The notes below the pieces were generated by a model. The model was not told where the DNA came from. It worked only from the letters and a program-made list of their open reading frames with translations, and did not search any database. This document shows positions 20,588-30,437 of a stretch of DNA of 64,000 bases, in pieces. Both the position numbers and the translations under genes were made by a program. The number at the start of each line of letters is the position of its first letter. Position 1 is the first letter of the stretch. This stretch comes from Patescibacteria group bacterium (GTDB lineage: Bacteria > Patescibacteriota > Minisyncoccia > Moranbacterales > DUUL01). The stretch covers positions 3,337-67,336 of the forward strand of contig JAYEFY010000030.1 in the NCBI GenBank assembly GCA_034658815.1, read 5' to 3'.

Positions 20588-21316
20588 ATGACAGCAGGCA
20601 AATTTACAATTCCTAACCATGTAGCTATTATTCCTGACGGCAACAGGCGATGGGCTAAACGAAGATCACTTAAACCATGGAAAGGACATGACGTAGGCGC
20701 GCGAAGAACAGAAGAGCTTATTAAAGAAGCATTTAATGTTGGCATACGACATTTGACTTTTTGGGGATCATCAAGAGATAATATTCAAAAACGTCCACTG
20801 GTTGAAAAAAGGGTGCTACTTAGCATTTACGGGCAATATTTTAAGAAACTTATTGAGAGCGATGAAGTCTATGAAAAACAGGTGCGCATTGATATTATCG
20901 GGAAATGGAAAAAGCAATTTCCAAAAAAGTTAGTGAATATACTGTCCGAAGCTGTTGAAAGAACAAAGCACCATTCAAAGTATTTTTTAACGTTCTTGCT
21001 TGCGTATAATGGTGATGACGATATCATTTTTGCGGCGCAAAAACTGGTTGAAAAAGCGCATCTCTTAAAAAAACAATTTAAAGTAACAAAATCGGAACTT
21101 AAATCACAATTAATGACATCGCGGATCCCCAATGTCGATTTGTTGATTCGAACCGGTGTTGAAAATGATCCTCACAACAGCACCGGGTTTTTGATGTGGC
21201 AGACTCGCAACACACAGTATTATTTTTCCGATCTTATGTATCCTGATTTTTCCGCTTCTGAATTTCGAAAGGCTGTGAAAAATTTTTCCAAAAGAGCGAG
21301 AAGATTTGGAAGCTAG
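20588..21316 (+). CDS. uppS: Undecaprenyl diphosphate synthase
   Basis: HVAIIPDGNRRWA, DLLIRTG, FLMWQ. Confidence 0.92.
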   Translation: MTAGKFTIPNHVAIIPDGNRRWAKRRSLKPWKGHDVGARRTEELIKEAFNVGIRHLTFWGSSRDNIQKRPLVEKRVLLSIYGQYFKKLIESDEVYEKQVRIDIIGKWKKQFPKKLVNILSEAVERTKHHSKYFLTFLLAYNGDDDIIFAAQKLVEKAHLLKKQFKVTKSELKSQLMTSRIPNVDLLIRTGVENDPHNSTGFLMWQTRNTQYYFSDLMYPDFSASEFRKAVKNFSKRARRFGS

Positions 21317-21358
21317 TTTGGAAACAATTTCATAACTATAAAAATTAACAATTTACGC

Positions 21359-21673
21359 ATGGCACTTGAATTGAATGACAAAAATTTTGAAGACAAAATT
21401 CTTAAAGGCGACAAGATCGCACTTGTTGATTTTTGGGCTCCATGGTGCGGACCCTGTCAAATGATGAGCTCGATCATCGAAGAAACAGCAAAAGAGATTG
21501 GCGGCAAGGCGGTTGTTGGAAAACTTAACGTTGATGAAAGTCCGGAAACTGCCCAAAAATACGGCGTAATGTCAATTCCAACGGTTATCATTTTTAAGAA
21601 CGGAGAGATCGCCAAACAAATAGTTGGTGTTCAGTCAAAGGAAGTTCTGCTTGACGAACTCAAAAACGCATAG
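21359..21673 (+). CDS. trxA: Thioredoxin
   Basis: DFWAPWCGPC, SIPT. Confidence 0.96.
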   Translation: MALELNDKNFEDKILKGDKIALVDFWAPWCGPCQMMSSIIEETAKEIGGKAVVGKLNVDESPETAQKYGVMSIPTVIIFKNGEIAKQIVGVQSKEVLLDELKNA

Positions 21674-21750
21674 CATAAAATGGTTCAAGGTTCAAGGCAG
21701 GAGCCATTGAATTTACAAGAAAACAATCCCATAATAATTTTCAGAATATA

Positions 21751-22704
21751 ATGTACGATCTTATTATTCTTGGCGCTGGTCCTGCCGGACTGACTGCTTC
21801 GATTTATGCTTCAAGATATGGCATTGATCATGTTTTGATTGGCGCTGAAACTGGAGGATATTTGAATGAAATTCATAAAGTTGAAAATTATCCGGGGCTT
21901 CCAAGCATTGCCGGATTTGACTTAGCGCAAAAAATGAAAGAGCATGTTGAATCATTTGGTGATTATATCAGACAAGGGACGATCAGGAATATTACCAGGA
22001 CGGAAAAAGGATTTGAACTCGAAACTGAAAAAAAGAAAACTTATCTGGCAAAACATCTCATATATTCGATTGGGACAACATGCAGGAAGCTTAACATTTT
22101 GGGAGAGGATGACTTTTTGGGCAAAGGCGTGTCGTACTGCGCGACGTGTGACGGCCCATTTTTCAAGAAAAAGGATGTGATTGTCATCGGTGGAGGAAAT
22201 TCAGCTGCTATGGCGGCGCTGATGCTTTCCGGATATGCAAAAACAGTTACTATCGTTTATCGCAGGGAATTGTTAAGATGCGATCCGGCATATGCCGATA
22301 AAATAGAAGAAGCCGGCAATATTACCGTTTTATACAATACAGTCGTAGAAGAAATTAACGGGAAAATGGCCGTCCAAAGCGTAATACTGAAAACAAAAGG
22401 GAAGAAGTCAACTTTTAAGACAGACGGGGTGTTTATTGAGATCGGTTCTGATCCGAATCGTGAAATAATCTCCAAGCTAAATGTTATGACTGACAAATTT
22501 GGATATGTTATCACTAAACCGGATCAATCGACAAATGTTCCGGGATTTTATGCTGCCGGCGATATTACTACGAATTCGAATGGTTTCAGACAAATAATTA
22601 CAGCGGCATCCGAAGGAGCTATCGCGGCACTCTCAGTTTTCGAGAACATTAAGGGAGCTGTTGCCAAATCAGCTACTGCTAAAATAAGTACTAAAGGCAA
22701 GTAG
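21751..22704 (+). CDS. trxB: Thioredoxin reductase
   Basis: GAGPAG, GVSYCATCDG, GGGNSA, AAGD. Confidence 0.94.
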   Translation: MYDLIILGAGPAGLTASIYASRYGIDHVLIGAETGGYLNEIHKVENYPGLPSIAGFDLAQKMKEHVESFGDYIRQGTIRNITRTEKGFELETEKKKTYLAKHLIYSIGTTCRKLNILGEDDFLGKGVSYCATCDGPFFKKKDVIVIGGGNSAAMAALMLSGYAKTVTIVYRRELLRCDPAYADKIEEAGNITVLYNTVVEEINGKMAVQSVILKTKGKKSTFKTDGVFIEIGSDPNREIISKLNVMTDKFGYVITKPDQSTNVPGFYAAGDITTNSNGFRQIITAASEGAIAALSVFENIKGAVAKSATAKISTKGK

Positions 22705-22705
22705 A

Positions 22706-23842
22706 ATGAATCCACTATCCTTAAGCAAGAACGGCAAACTCAATATAACGTCAAAAATAAAGCTTACCTCAAAAAATATTTCCTCAATTTACACGCCGGG
22801 CATTGCTGATGTTGTGGCTGAGATCACAAAAGATCGCAGCAAAGTTTATGATCTTACATGGAAAGGGCGAACTGTCGCGATCGTGAGTGACGGCAGCGCT
22901 ATTTTGGGGCTTGGAAATCGCGGTCCGGAAGCGGCGCTACCGGTTATGGAGGCAAAAGCAGTACTTTTTCGAGAATTAGGCGGTATCAATGCCATACCAT
23001 TGGTCATCGACACACAAAACGAAAATGAAATTATTAAATTCGTTAAAATGATATCGCCGGGATTTGGCGGAATTAACCTTGAAGACATTTCGGCGCCCAG
23101 ATGTTTTACCATTGAAGAAAAACTTAAAAAGTCTCTTAATATTCCGGTTTTTCACGATGATCAGCATGGAACAGCTATTGTTGTTCTTGCCGGACTTTTG
23201 AATGCGGCAAAAGTAGTTCGAAAAAATTTAAAAAAATGCTCCGTTGTAATTTCCGGCGCTGGCGCTGCCGGAATCGCGATCACGAGCCTTCTTTTACGTT
23301 ACGGTTTGAATAATATTGTGGTCTTTGACTCAAGAGGCCCGCTGTACGAGAGGCGCAAGGCTCAAATGAATTTTGCCAAAAAGAAAATTGCCAGCCATAC
23401 TAATCTGAAAAATTTTCGAGGCACGCTTCATGAAGCGCTTAAAGGAACAGACATTTTTATTGGAGTATCTGCGCCAAACATCATTGGCAGTTCTGATGTC
23501 AAACAAATGTCACGAAAGCCGATCGTGTTCGCCTTGGCTAATCCGTGTCCAGAAATAATGTCCGGTGAGGCCAAGAAAGGCGGCGCCGCGGTTATCGCGA
23601 CCGGACGATCGGATCTTGGCAATCAAATCAATAATGCTTTGGTGTTTCCGGGAATATTTAAAGGAGCATTGCTTTCACGCACCGTGCTGATTACCGACGA
23701 AATAAAAATAAAAGCCGCCCAAGCCCTTTCGGCGATCGTTAAAAATCCTGCTCCGGCAAGAATTATTCCCGGAGTGATGGACAAACGAGCTGTTAATGTA
23801 ATGGCGAATATTTTTAAGCGGCCTCATGCCAAACCGCGATAA
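22706..23842 (+). CDS. NAD(P)-dependent malic enzyme
   Basis: YTPG, DGSAILGLG, INLEDISAP, FHDDQHGTA, GAGAAG, ATGRSD, QINN. Confidence 0.93.
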   Translation: MNPLSLSKNGKLNITSKIKLTSKNISSIYTPGIADVVAEITKDRSKVYDLTWKGRTVAIVSDGSAILGLGNRGPEAALPVMEAKAVLFRELGGINAIPLVIDTQNENEIIKFVKMISPGFGGINLEDISAPRCFTIEEKLKKSLNIPVFHDDQHGTAIVVLAGLLNAAKVVRKNLKKCSVVISGAGAAGIAITSLLLRYGLNNIVVFDSRGPLYERRKAQMNFAKKKIASHTNLKNFRGTLHEALKGTDIFIGVSAPNIIGSSDVKQMSRKPIVFALANPCPEIMSGEAKKGGAAVIATGRSDLGNQINNALVFPGIFKGALLSRTVLITDEIKIKAAQALSAIVKNPAPARIIPGVMDKRAVNVMANIFKRPHAKPR

Positions 23843-23943
23843 GCAAGAGCATGGTAAAGTTGCATTGTTTTCTGTTTTTGTTACACTGGAATCATGGAAA
23901 GTTATTTAAGGACTGTTTCCAATTAAGAATTTAACCGGCAAAG

Positions 23944-24384
23944 ATGAAAGTTGTATTGCTAAAAGATGTTGAAAATGTCGGAGAAGCGGGAGGGGTCAGA
24001 ACCGTTGCCGATGGTTTTGCGCGAAATTTTCTTATTCCAAACAAGCTTGCGGAACCGGCTACTGCCGTAAATCTTGCGTATTCTAAAAAAGCCGCAAAGG
24101 AGCGAACGCGGAAGACAGAAAAAGAGCTTGTACAAGCGCAAAAAGATGCAGAGAGAATCGACGGAGAAGAATTTATATTTAGCGTAAAAACCGACGAGGA
24201 TAAACTGTTCGGATCCATTGACAAAAAAGCGATAATTGAAAAAGTGAATGAACTCGAAATAAAGATCGATGAATCATCGATAGAACTTGACAAACCTATT
24301 AAAGAATTAGGAGAGTTTCCAATAAAGTTTTTTTTCAACCATGGAATCGAGGCGAATGCGAAAGTGATCATTGAGAAAGAATAG
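23944..24384 (+). CDS. rplI: 50S ribosomal protein L9
   Basis: MKVVLLKDV...VADGFARNFLIP, KLFGSI, PIKELG. Confidence 0.96.
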   Translation: MKVVLLKDVENVGEAGGVRTVADGFARNFLIPNKLAEPATAVNLAYSKKAAKERTRKTEKELVQAQKDAERIDGEEFIFSVKTDEDKLFGSIDKKAIIEKVNELEIKIDESSIELDKPIKELGEFPIKFFFNHGIEANAKVIIEKE

Positions 24385-24410
24385 GTTATAGTGGGCTTTC
24401 ATTATATCAA

Positions 24411-24464
24411 GAGACTGTTCCCGGGCATCATTTTTACTGCAAGAGCGTGTTCAGGAACAATCCC
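24411..24464. repeat. Short inverted-repeat element related to MITE family B ends
   Basis: GAGACTGTTCCCGGGCA...TGTTCAGGAACAATCCC. Confidence 0.45.
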
Positions 24465-24523
24465 ATTAAAGTCGTTAGCTATTTCAGGGGTGGCGGCTTT
24501 TTGTATATTCAAAAAGTATTAAG

Positions 24524-24627
24524 TGGCTGTTTTCAAACTAGCTTCCGCCAAAAAATGTTCTGAGCGCTTGGAGTTCGTAATGAAATTTCATAGTTTTTTA
24601 TTGGCAAAGCTGAGTTGAAGACAGCCA
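24524..24627. mobile_element. Approx. 104-bp MITE-like element (family B-related)
   Basis: Imperfect terminal inverted repeats TGGCTGTTTTCAAACTAGCTTCCGCCAA / TTGGCAAAGCTGAGTTGAAGACAGCCA. Confidence 0.55.
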
Positions 24628-24638
24628 AGTAAAATGAA

Positions 24639-26288
24639 ATGAAAAGAAAAAACTCGAAAAAAAATGCCAAATATATTTTTGTATTTGGAGGCGTCATGTC
24701 CGGAATCGGAAAAGGCATAGCAGTCTCATCAATTGCAAAGATAATCCAAGCGAGAGGGTTTAATGTCACAGCCATTAAAATTGATCCTTACGTTAATGTT
24801 GATGCCGGAACTATGAATCCGACAGAACACGGAGAAGTTTTTGTTTTAGCAAGCGGGCTTGAAACAGACCAAGATATGGGGAATTACGAACGTTTTTTAA
24901 GTACCACGCTCCCGCCAACAAATTATATGACAACCGGGAGTGTTTATCGGCATGTCATCCAAAAAGAACGTGATCTTGAATACGAGGGCAAGTGTGTTCA
25001 AGTGATCCCTCATGTCACAGGCGAGGTTATTGAAACCATTGAAAACGCGGCCTCTGTCAACAAATCTGAAATTGTGATCATTGAAGTTGGCGGAACAACC
25101 GGTGACTATGAAAACGACATGTTTACTGAAGCTGCCCGGCAAATGAAAATGCGTCATCCAGACAATGTCTTATTTGTGATGATCAGTTATGTTCCGTATC
25201 CGAATAAGATCGGTGAAATGAAAACAAAGCCGACCCAGCAAGCGGTTCGATCTTTGAATTCTGCCGGAGTACAACCGGATATTATCATTGCCAGATCCGA
25301 GCAGGATATTGATAAAAAACGCAAAGAAAAAATTTCTCTTTTTTGCAATGTGAGCGATGAAGAAGTTATCTCAGCTCCCGATGTCAGTTCAATTTATGAA
25401 GTGCCTCTTAATTTTGAAAAGGACGATCTTAGCTCGATCATTCTAAAAAAACTCTCGATTCAAATAAAGCAAATAAATCTTAAAAAATGGAAAAGATTTG
25501 TTAATAAAATAAACAATGCAAAAATTCCTGTAAAGATCGGTATAGTGGGAAAGTATTTCGGGACAGGTGATTGTATTCTTTCCGATTCTTATATTTCAGT
25601 GATTGAGGCGATCAAGCATGCCTCGTACTCCCAAGATCGTGTTCCGGATATCCAATGGATCAATTCGGAAGTGTATGAAAGAGATCCGCGGAAACTGCGT
25701 GAATTGGAAAGTTTTAATGGAATTATTGTTCCCGGAGGCTTCGGTGAACGTGGAGTTGAAGGGAAAATTGCCGCCATTCAATATGCGCGCGAGCACAGGA
25801 TACCATATCTTGGCCTATGCTATGGAATGCAGCTTATGATTATTGAGTTTGCCCGCAATGTTGCAGGCCTAAAGGATGCGCATACTACGGAAATAAAACC
25901 GCGAACAAAATGTCCGGTAATTGATCTTATGATCGAACAAAAGAAAAATATGCAGGAGCATCACTACGGCGCGACAATGCGTTTAGGAAATTATCCATGC
26001 AAGATCAAGAAAGGCACAAAAGCCTTTAAAGCATACAAAAAAACAAATATTGAAGAACGGCACCGCCATCGTTACGAGGTTAATCCGCGATACATTAGAC
26101 AACTGGGGAAAGCCGGGCTTATATTTTCAGGAATCTCTCCAAATAAACAGCTTATGGAAATTGCCGAGCTTTCCCCAAGTACGCATCCATTTATGATGGG
26201 AAGCCAATTCCATCCCGAGTTTACATCAACTCCGTTAAGACCGGGCTCTTTGTTTTTTCAATTTATCAAAGCGGCAAAGAATGCGTAA
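24639..26288 (+). CDS. pyrG: CTP synthase
   Basis: GGVMSGIGKG, KIDPYVNVDAGTM, KTKPTQ, LCYGMQ, ERHRHRYE, QFHPEF. Confidence 0.97.
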   Translation: MKRKNSKKNAKYIFVFGGVMSGIGKGIAVSSIAKIIQARGFNVTAIKIDPYVNVDAGTMNPTEHGEVFVLASGLETDQDMGNYERFLSTTLPPTNYMTTGSVYRHVIQKERDLEYEGKCVQVIPHVTGEVIETIENAASVNKSEIVIIEVGGTTGDYENDMFTEAARQMKMRHPDNVLFVMISYVPYPNKIGEMKTKPTQQAVRSLNSAGVQPDIIIARSEQDIDKKRKEKISLFCNVSDEEVISAPDVSSIYEVPLNFEKDDLSSIILKKLSIQIKQINLKKWKRFVNKINNAKIPVKIGIVGKYFGTGDCILSDSYISVIEAIKHASYSQDRVPDIQWINSEVYERDPRKLRELESFNGIIVPGGFGERGVEGKIAAIQYAREHRIPYLGLCYGMQLMIIEFARNVAGLKDAHTTEIKPRTKCPVIDLMIEQKKNMQEHHYGATMRLGNYPCKIKKGTKAFKAYKKTNIEERHRHRYEVNPRYIRQLGKAGLIFSGISPNKQLMEIAELSPSTHPFMMGSQFHPEFTSTPLRPGSLFFQFIKAAKNA

Positions 26289-26373
26289 ATATCCAAAAAA
26301 ACCGATTCGTGAAGTTCTACAGACTTACGTCTGGAGCTTTTTGGCGCATGGGTAAAATTTCAAAATAAAACAC

Positions 26374-26405
26374 AAAAGACAGCCGCGCGAACGCGGCTGT
26401 CTTTT
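26374..26405. terminator. Bidirectional intrinsic terminator between pyrG and rpmA
   Basis: AAAAGACAGCCGCG-CGAA-CGCGGCTGTCTTTT perfect hairpin. Confidence 0.85.
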
Positions 26406-26423
26406 AATCAGAAAAAAATACAG

Positions 26424-26696
26424 CTATTTCACTTCAATGTATTTTGTTTTTTTCATTTTACCTGTGAATCGGGTAACTTTTTTTGTGAGAAATTTCACAA
26501 CTCCGCTTTTAAGCGCGATAATAGTGTCATCACCGGTTCTTTTCGTATTTCTTCCCGGTCGAAATTTTGTGCCTCTTTGGCGAATGAGTATTTCTCCACA
26601 GTTCACTTCTTGCCCGCCAAAACGCTTTACGCCAAGATATTTTGGTTTGGAGTCGCGTCCAAGCGAAGTCGAACCGCCTGCTTTTCTATGGGCCAT
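26424..26696 (-). CDS. rpmA: 50S ribosomal protein L27
   Basis: [16 protein letters not shown]...LGVKRFGG...[10 protein letters not shown]. Confidence 0.97.
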   Translation of the reverse strand: MAHRKAGGSTSLGRDSKPKYLGVKRFGGQEVNCGEILIRQRGTKFRPGRNTKRTGDDTIIALKSGVVKFLTKKVTRFTGKMKKTKYIEVK

Positions 26697-26819
26697 TTTT
26701 ATTTATAAAACAGAAAAGCAAAGTCTGCCGCCCTTCTGCCTTTTTCTTACGATTTATGCTACACTATACCTAAAATACTTGAAAAATAAACAATCTAATC
26801 ATAATAGCATTTATGCCGT

Positions 26820-27263
26820 ATGTCAAATAAAATATGTGACTTTTGGAAAGCACATGACACTAAAATACTTACTGTTCTAGCGATTGTCTTAGTGGCTGTT
26901 GTCGCTTTTCGCGCCGGACAGACACAGGAAAGAGAGAATGTCGCCGCCAATATAAATGTTTCGATCAATCCGCTCACAGCGGCGAATCCGGCAGAGCAAA
27001 AAGTAAAAACGCTCGGAGAAACGCTTCAGCGCAAAGGGATCTCAATGAACGAAATTAACGGCGAATCCCAAAAGCAGGGAAGTACGGATACGCAAAACAA
27101 AGAATGTGTCTTTGTGGGAAGCAAGAATTCCAATAAATACCATTTTCCAACTTGTAGCTATGCCAAGCGCATAAAACCGGCAAATATAGTCTGTTTTTCC
27201 GGCGAAGAAGACGCCAAAAGCAAAGGCTACGTTCCCGCCGGATGCTGCGTGGGGAAGAAATAA
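26820..27263 (+). CDS. Membrane-anchored protein with Ada-type metal-binding domain
   Basis: N-terminal TM helix; C-terminal FVGSKNSNKYHxPTC...F..EEDA...GY.P. Confidence 0.7.
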   Translation: MSNKICDFWKAHDTKILTVLAIVLVAVVAFRAGQTQERENVAANINVSINPLTAANPAEQKVKTLGETLQRKGISMNEINGESQKQGSTDTQNKECVFVGSKNSNKYHFPTCSYAKRIKPANIVCFSGEEDAKSKGYVPAGCCVGKK

Positions 27264-27301
27264 CCTTGCTGAACATATCAGATTTGTGTTTAAGTATATA
27301 G

Positions 27302-27330
27302 TTGATTTTTAAGATGAGGGAGGATATAAT
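27302..27330 (+). promoter_or_regulatory. Putative sigma70 promoter of the protease/PIN pair
   Basis: TTGATT-17 nt-TATAAT. Confidence 0.55.
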
Positions 27331-27359
27331 CAGAGAAGCACAAAAAATAATTTAACCTT

Positions 27360-28385
27360 ATGAAAACCCAAGAACTTATTAAAAGAATTGAAGAAAAAAG
27401 AGGTTCGAAAGTAATCACCTATATTACCAGTGATCGGCAGGGACCGTTAAACGCCAAAGTAGCGATGGATATTATTCCGATAATCAGCAACCAATTGCGG
27501 CAAATTGGAAAAACGGAAGCAATTGACTTGTTGCTTTACAGCACGGGAGGGGACACTATGGTGCCTTGGCGGCTGGTTTCCATGATCCGCGAATACTGTG
27601 ATAAGTTTTCAGTTCTCATTCCTTACAAAGCCCACAGCGCGGCGACAATGATCGCTTTGGGAGCGGATGAAATTGTAATGAGCGATCTTTCCGAGCTTTC
27701 GCCGATTGATCCGTCAACGGCCAATGTTTTTAACCCACAGGATCCTAAAAATCCCCAGGGAAAAATCCCGATTTCCGTGGAAGATGTAATGGCATACTTT
27801 GATCTGGCGAAAAATAAATTCGGGATTAAGAATGATGAAGATTTAACTAAAATTTTTAACAAGTTCGTGGAATCCAACCCGCAAATTCATCCTTTGGCGC
27901 TGGGCAATGTGAACCGAACCCATAATCTCATAAGAATTCTAGCTAAACGTCTTTTGGAAAGCCACCGAGAGCCAATGAGCGGTGATGAGATTGGTAAAAT
28001 CGTGGACTTTCTCACGGAAAAGCTTTATTCCCACCAGTATTTTATCGGCAGGAAAGAAGCCAAGGAAGATTTAGGAATTAAAACAGTGGCTTACGCCGAT
28101 AAAGATTTAGCCGATCTGATGACGCAAGTTTATGAAGAATGCGGAAGCGAAATGAAGATGAATAAAATCTGGAATCCGGAAATTGAACTGGGAGAAAACC
28201 AATCGTTTAATAAAAAGGATTATAAAATCGCTTACATTGAAAGCGCGGCTCTAAGCAATTGTTTTCAATTAACCGTTGAATTTAAAAAAGTCCAGCAAAC
28301 CGTTGCCCAGCCAGCTCCCCAAGGATCCATCAATATCCCGCAGGAACAAGTAGTTTGGAGGGTAATTAAACAAGGGTGGAAGTAA
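27360..28385 (+). CDS. SDH_sah-family (ClpP-fold) serine protease
   Basis: DLLLYSTGGD, AHSAATMIALGADEIVM, LSPIDP, YSH. Confidence 0.85.
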   Translation: MKTQELIKRIEEKRGSKVITYITSDRQGPLNAKVAMDIIPIISNQLRQIGKTEAIDLLLYSTGGDTMVPWRLVSMIREYCDKFSVLIPYKAHSAATMIALGADEIVMSDLSELSPIDPSTANVFNPQDPKNPQGKIPISVEDVMAYFDLAKNKFGIKNDEDLTKIFNKFVESNPQIHPLALGNVNRTHNLIRILAKRLLESHREPMSGDEIGKIVDFLTEKLYSHQYFIGRKEAKEDLGIKTVAYADKDLADLMTQVYEECGSEMKMNKIWNPEIELGENQSFNKKDYKIAYIESAALSNCFQLTVEFKKVQQTVAQPAPQGSINIPQEQVVWRVIKQGWK

Positions 28386-28387
28386 AT

Positions 28388-29047
28388 ATGAAGGAATTTA
28401 AATATAAAAACTATTCTATGATAATAGATGAGTCTGGGATAGATTCATTTAAATACTTAACGAGTTCAAATAATTTGAGTAGTTTTGATATTTTTTCTTT
28501 TCTTGATAGCAATAATATTGATCTGATCGTAACAAAAAATTCAACTAAAGAATTAGTTAAGCAGCCATATTTTCCGTGTTTGTTTGCAGGAGAACATGTT
28601 ATAGAATCAATTAATCATAAAGTAAGCCAGACGAGTGCGAGCGATTCACAAAATAACTTAGGAATCTCTAGCTTCAATCTTACTCTTACGAGTACTGCAA
28701 TTGATCAGGCTGCTTATCCTATAAGTGTTTGTAATCCTGAAATTAAAGATAATCTTTGGAGCTATACAAAATTTTGGCCAAGATTGTCAGAAGTAGATAA
28801 AAGTATTTTATATGTATGCAGATCACTTTCTCTTGAAAGAGATAATTTTTTTGTTTTGGTAAATGATAATGATTTAATATATCAGCTAGATTTTGAGGGT
28901 TTTTCCTATTTAAGGAATAGTCAATTTTTAAAATATATGACCAAAAATCATATTATTTCATCTCAAAAAGGTGTAGCTGGATTTGGCAAATGGAGTACTT
29001 ATGATCCGCAATGGATTAAGAAAGACACAACCTTTAAAGATATTTGA
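28388..29047 (+). CDS. Hypothetical protein, probable PIN-like domain
   Basis: Acidic motif series MIIDES...KEL...LSEVDKSIL...VLVNDNDL. ATG lies 2 nt after the protease stop. Confidence 0.5.
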   Translation: MKEFKYKNYSMIIDESGIDSFKYLTSSNNLSSFDIFSFLDSNNIDLIVTKNSTKELVKQPYFPCLFAGEHVIESINHKVSQTSASDSQNNLGISSFNLTLTSTAIDQAAYPISVCNPEIKDNLWSYTKFWPRLSEVDKSILYVCRSLSLERDNFFVLVNDNDLIYQLDFEGFSYLRNSQFLKYMTKNHIISSQKGVAGFGKWSTYDPQWIKKDTTFKDI

Positions 29048-29066
29048 ATAAGTATTAAATAAATTT

Positions 29067-29165
29067 ATGCAAAACAGAACTCTTTATTTTGGTGATAATT
29101 TGGAAATCTTGCGCAAGAAAATTGCGGATGAGAGTTTTGACAAATCGGAATTTGAAAAAGTTTAA
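29067..29165 (+). pseudogene. Remnant of a site-specific DNA methyltransferase
   Basis: MQNRTLYFGDNLEILRKKIADESFD is a typical N-terminus of beta-class N6/N4 MTases; it breaks off just before the expected DPPF/Y motif. Confidence 0.7.
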
Positions 29166-29204
29166 AGAAAATTTTTGAGTTTCAGTTAGTTTATTTTAAA
29201 ATAT

Positions 29205-29930
29205 ATGAAGCAACATGAAGCAGTTATAAAAACAATGGAAGAAAGCGGCGGTTTTGCAACACTTGGTTTTTTAAATCAAAATGTCGATGTTTCCAATTGG
29301 AAAACAAAAACACCTTTTGCAAGCATCAGGCGCATTGTTCAAGATGCCAGATTTTTCTTTAAAATAAGACCCGGCCTTTGGGCTTTAAAAACTTATAAAA
29401 ATAAATTGCCTGAAAATATTTTTCCAGCAGAAGAAATTTCTGAAACAAAACAAGAAGAGTTTAATCATTCGTATTACCAAGGACTGCTTGTGGAAATAGG
29501 CAATATTAAAAAACAAGAGACATTTGTGCCATATCAAGATAAGAACAAAAAATATTTAGAAAAAAGTTTGTCCGAAGTAACGACTGTTAAAAAGTTCTAT
29601 AATTTTACCTATGAAGATTTATTAAGAAGTGCGATGACAATTGATGTTGTTTGGTTTAATAAGAGAAAAATGCCGTCCAATTTTTTTGAAGTAGAGCATA
29701 CTACAGACATTAAAAACTCTCTTGGCAAGTTTGTTCAACTGCAAGACTTTTACACAAAATTTTATATTGTAGCTGATATTGCAAGAAAAAGAGAATATAA
29801 TGACAAATTAAAATTAAGTATATTTAATTCTGTTCAAAGCAGAGTTAATTTTATTGACTATGAAAGTTTATCTAACTGGCATACAAAAAGTTTTGAAGTA
29901 TGTAAATTAGAAAATAATTTTAATTTTTAA
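29205..29930 (+). CDS. Restriction-endonuclease-like protein (N-terminal winged-helix-like region plus PD-(D/E)xK-like domain)
   Basis: KTPFASIRRIVQ...IRPGLW; IDVVWF...FEVEHTT. Confidence 0.6.
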   Translation: MKQHEAVIKTMEESGGFATLGFLNQNVDVSNWKTKTPFASIRRIVQDARFFFKIRPGLWALKTYKNKLPENIFPAEEISETKQEEFNHSYYQGLLVEIGNIKKQETFVPYQDKNKKYLEKSLSEVTTVKKFYNFTYEDLLRSAMTIDVVWFNKRKMPSNFFEVEHTTDIKNSLGKFVQLQDFYTKFYIVADIARKREYNDKLKLSIFNSVQSRVNFIDYESLSNWHTKSFEVCKLENNFNF

Positions 29931-29933
29931 AAA

Positions 29934-30092
29934 ATGAAACTAAAAGATTTTATTAAAAAATTAGAGAATATTGTAAATAAACATGGAAATGATATAGAGG
30001 TTATTATGGCTGATAATATTTCTGTGGTTAATCCTGTTTTTTCAAAAAAATATCCAAGTGGGAAAAATGTGATTATAACTGATGAGAAATAG
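29934..30092 (+). CDS. 52-aa hypothetical protein (below ORF-track cutoff)
   Basis: MKLKDFIKKLENIVNKHGNDIEVIMADNISVVNPVFSKKYPSGKNVIITDEK, starting 3 nt after the upstream stop. Confidence 0.55.
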   Translation: MKLKDFIKKLENIVNKHGNDIEVIMADNISVVNPVFSKKYPSGKNVIITDEK

Positions 30093-30094
30093 GA

Positions 30095-30334
30095 ACTCAA
30101 GAAGTGGCTGGCTCTACGGATGAAAAATTGCAAACTTGCGATTTTAAAATTAAGCAGTATAGAAAGCTCCTATCGCGATTAAATATTGAAGTGCAGTATA
30201 TTTATATTCTAAATGATTGGTTCAAAAAGCCAGAATATAAAGATATTTTGGACTATATTATTTCAATAAACGGCTGTTCATATTATTTTAATTATTTGCC
30301 GTTGCAAAAAATCGGTTTACCAATACCAGAATGA
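30095..30334 (+). pseudogene. C-terminal fragment of a type II restriction endonuclease-like gene
   Basis: QEVAGSTDEKLQTCDFK...YIYILNDWFKKPEYKD. No N-terminal half and no convincing start. Confidence 0.6.
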
Positions 30335-30437
30335 TAGTGAACAGTAAAATTGCCAGTGGTTTTTGCAAGAAACTGTTACAAGGAGACTAAACTTGCTAAG
30401 CTAAAAAAAATAATTCTAACCAAGTTAAAATGGAATT

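Noticed and set aside
26437-26880. 147-aa + strand ORF and the many other short antisense ORFs in the track
   Set aside because: They are antisense or out-of-frame shadows of well-supported genes (here rpmA).
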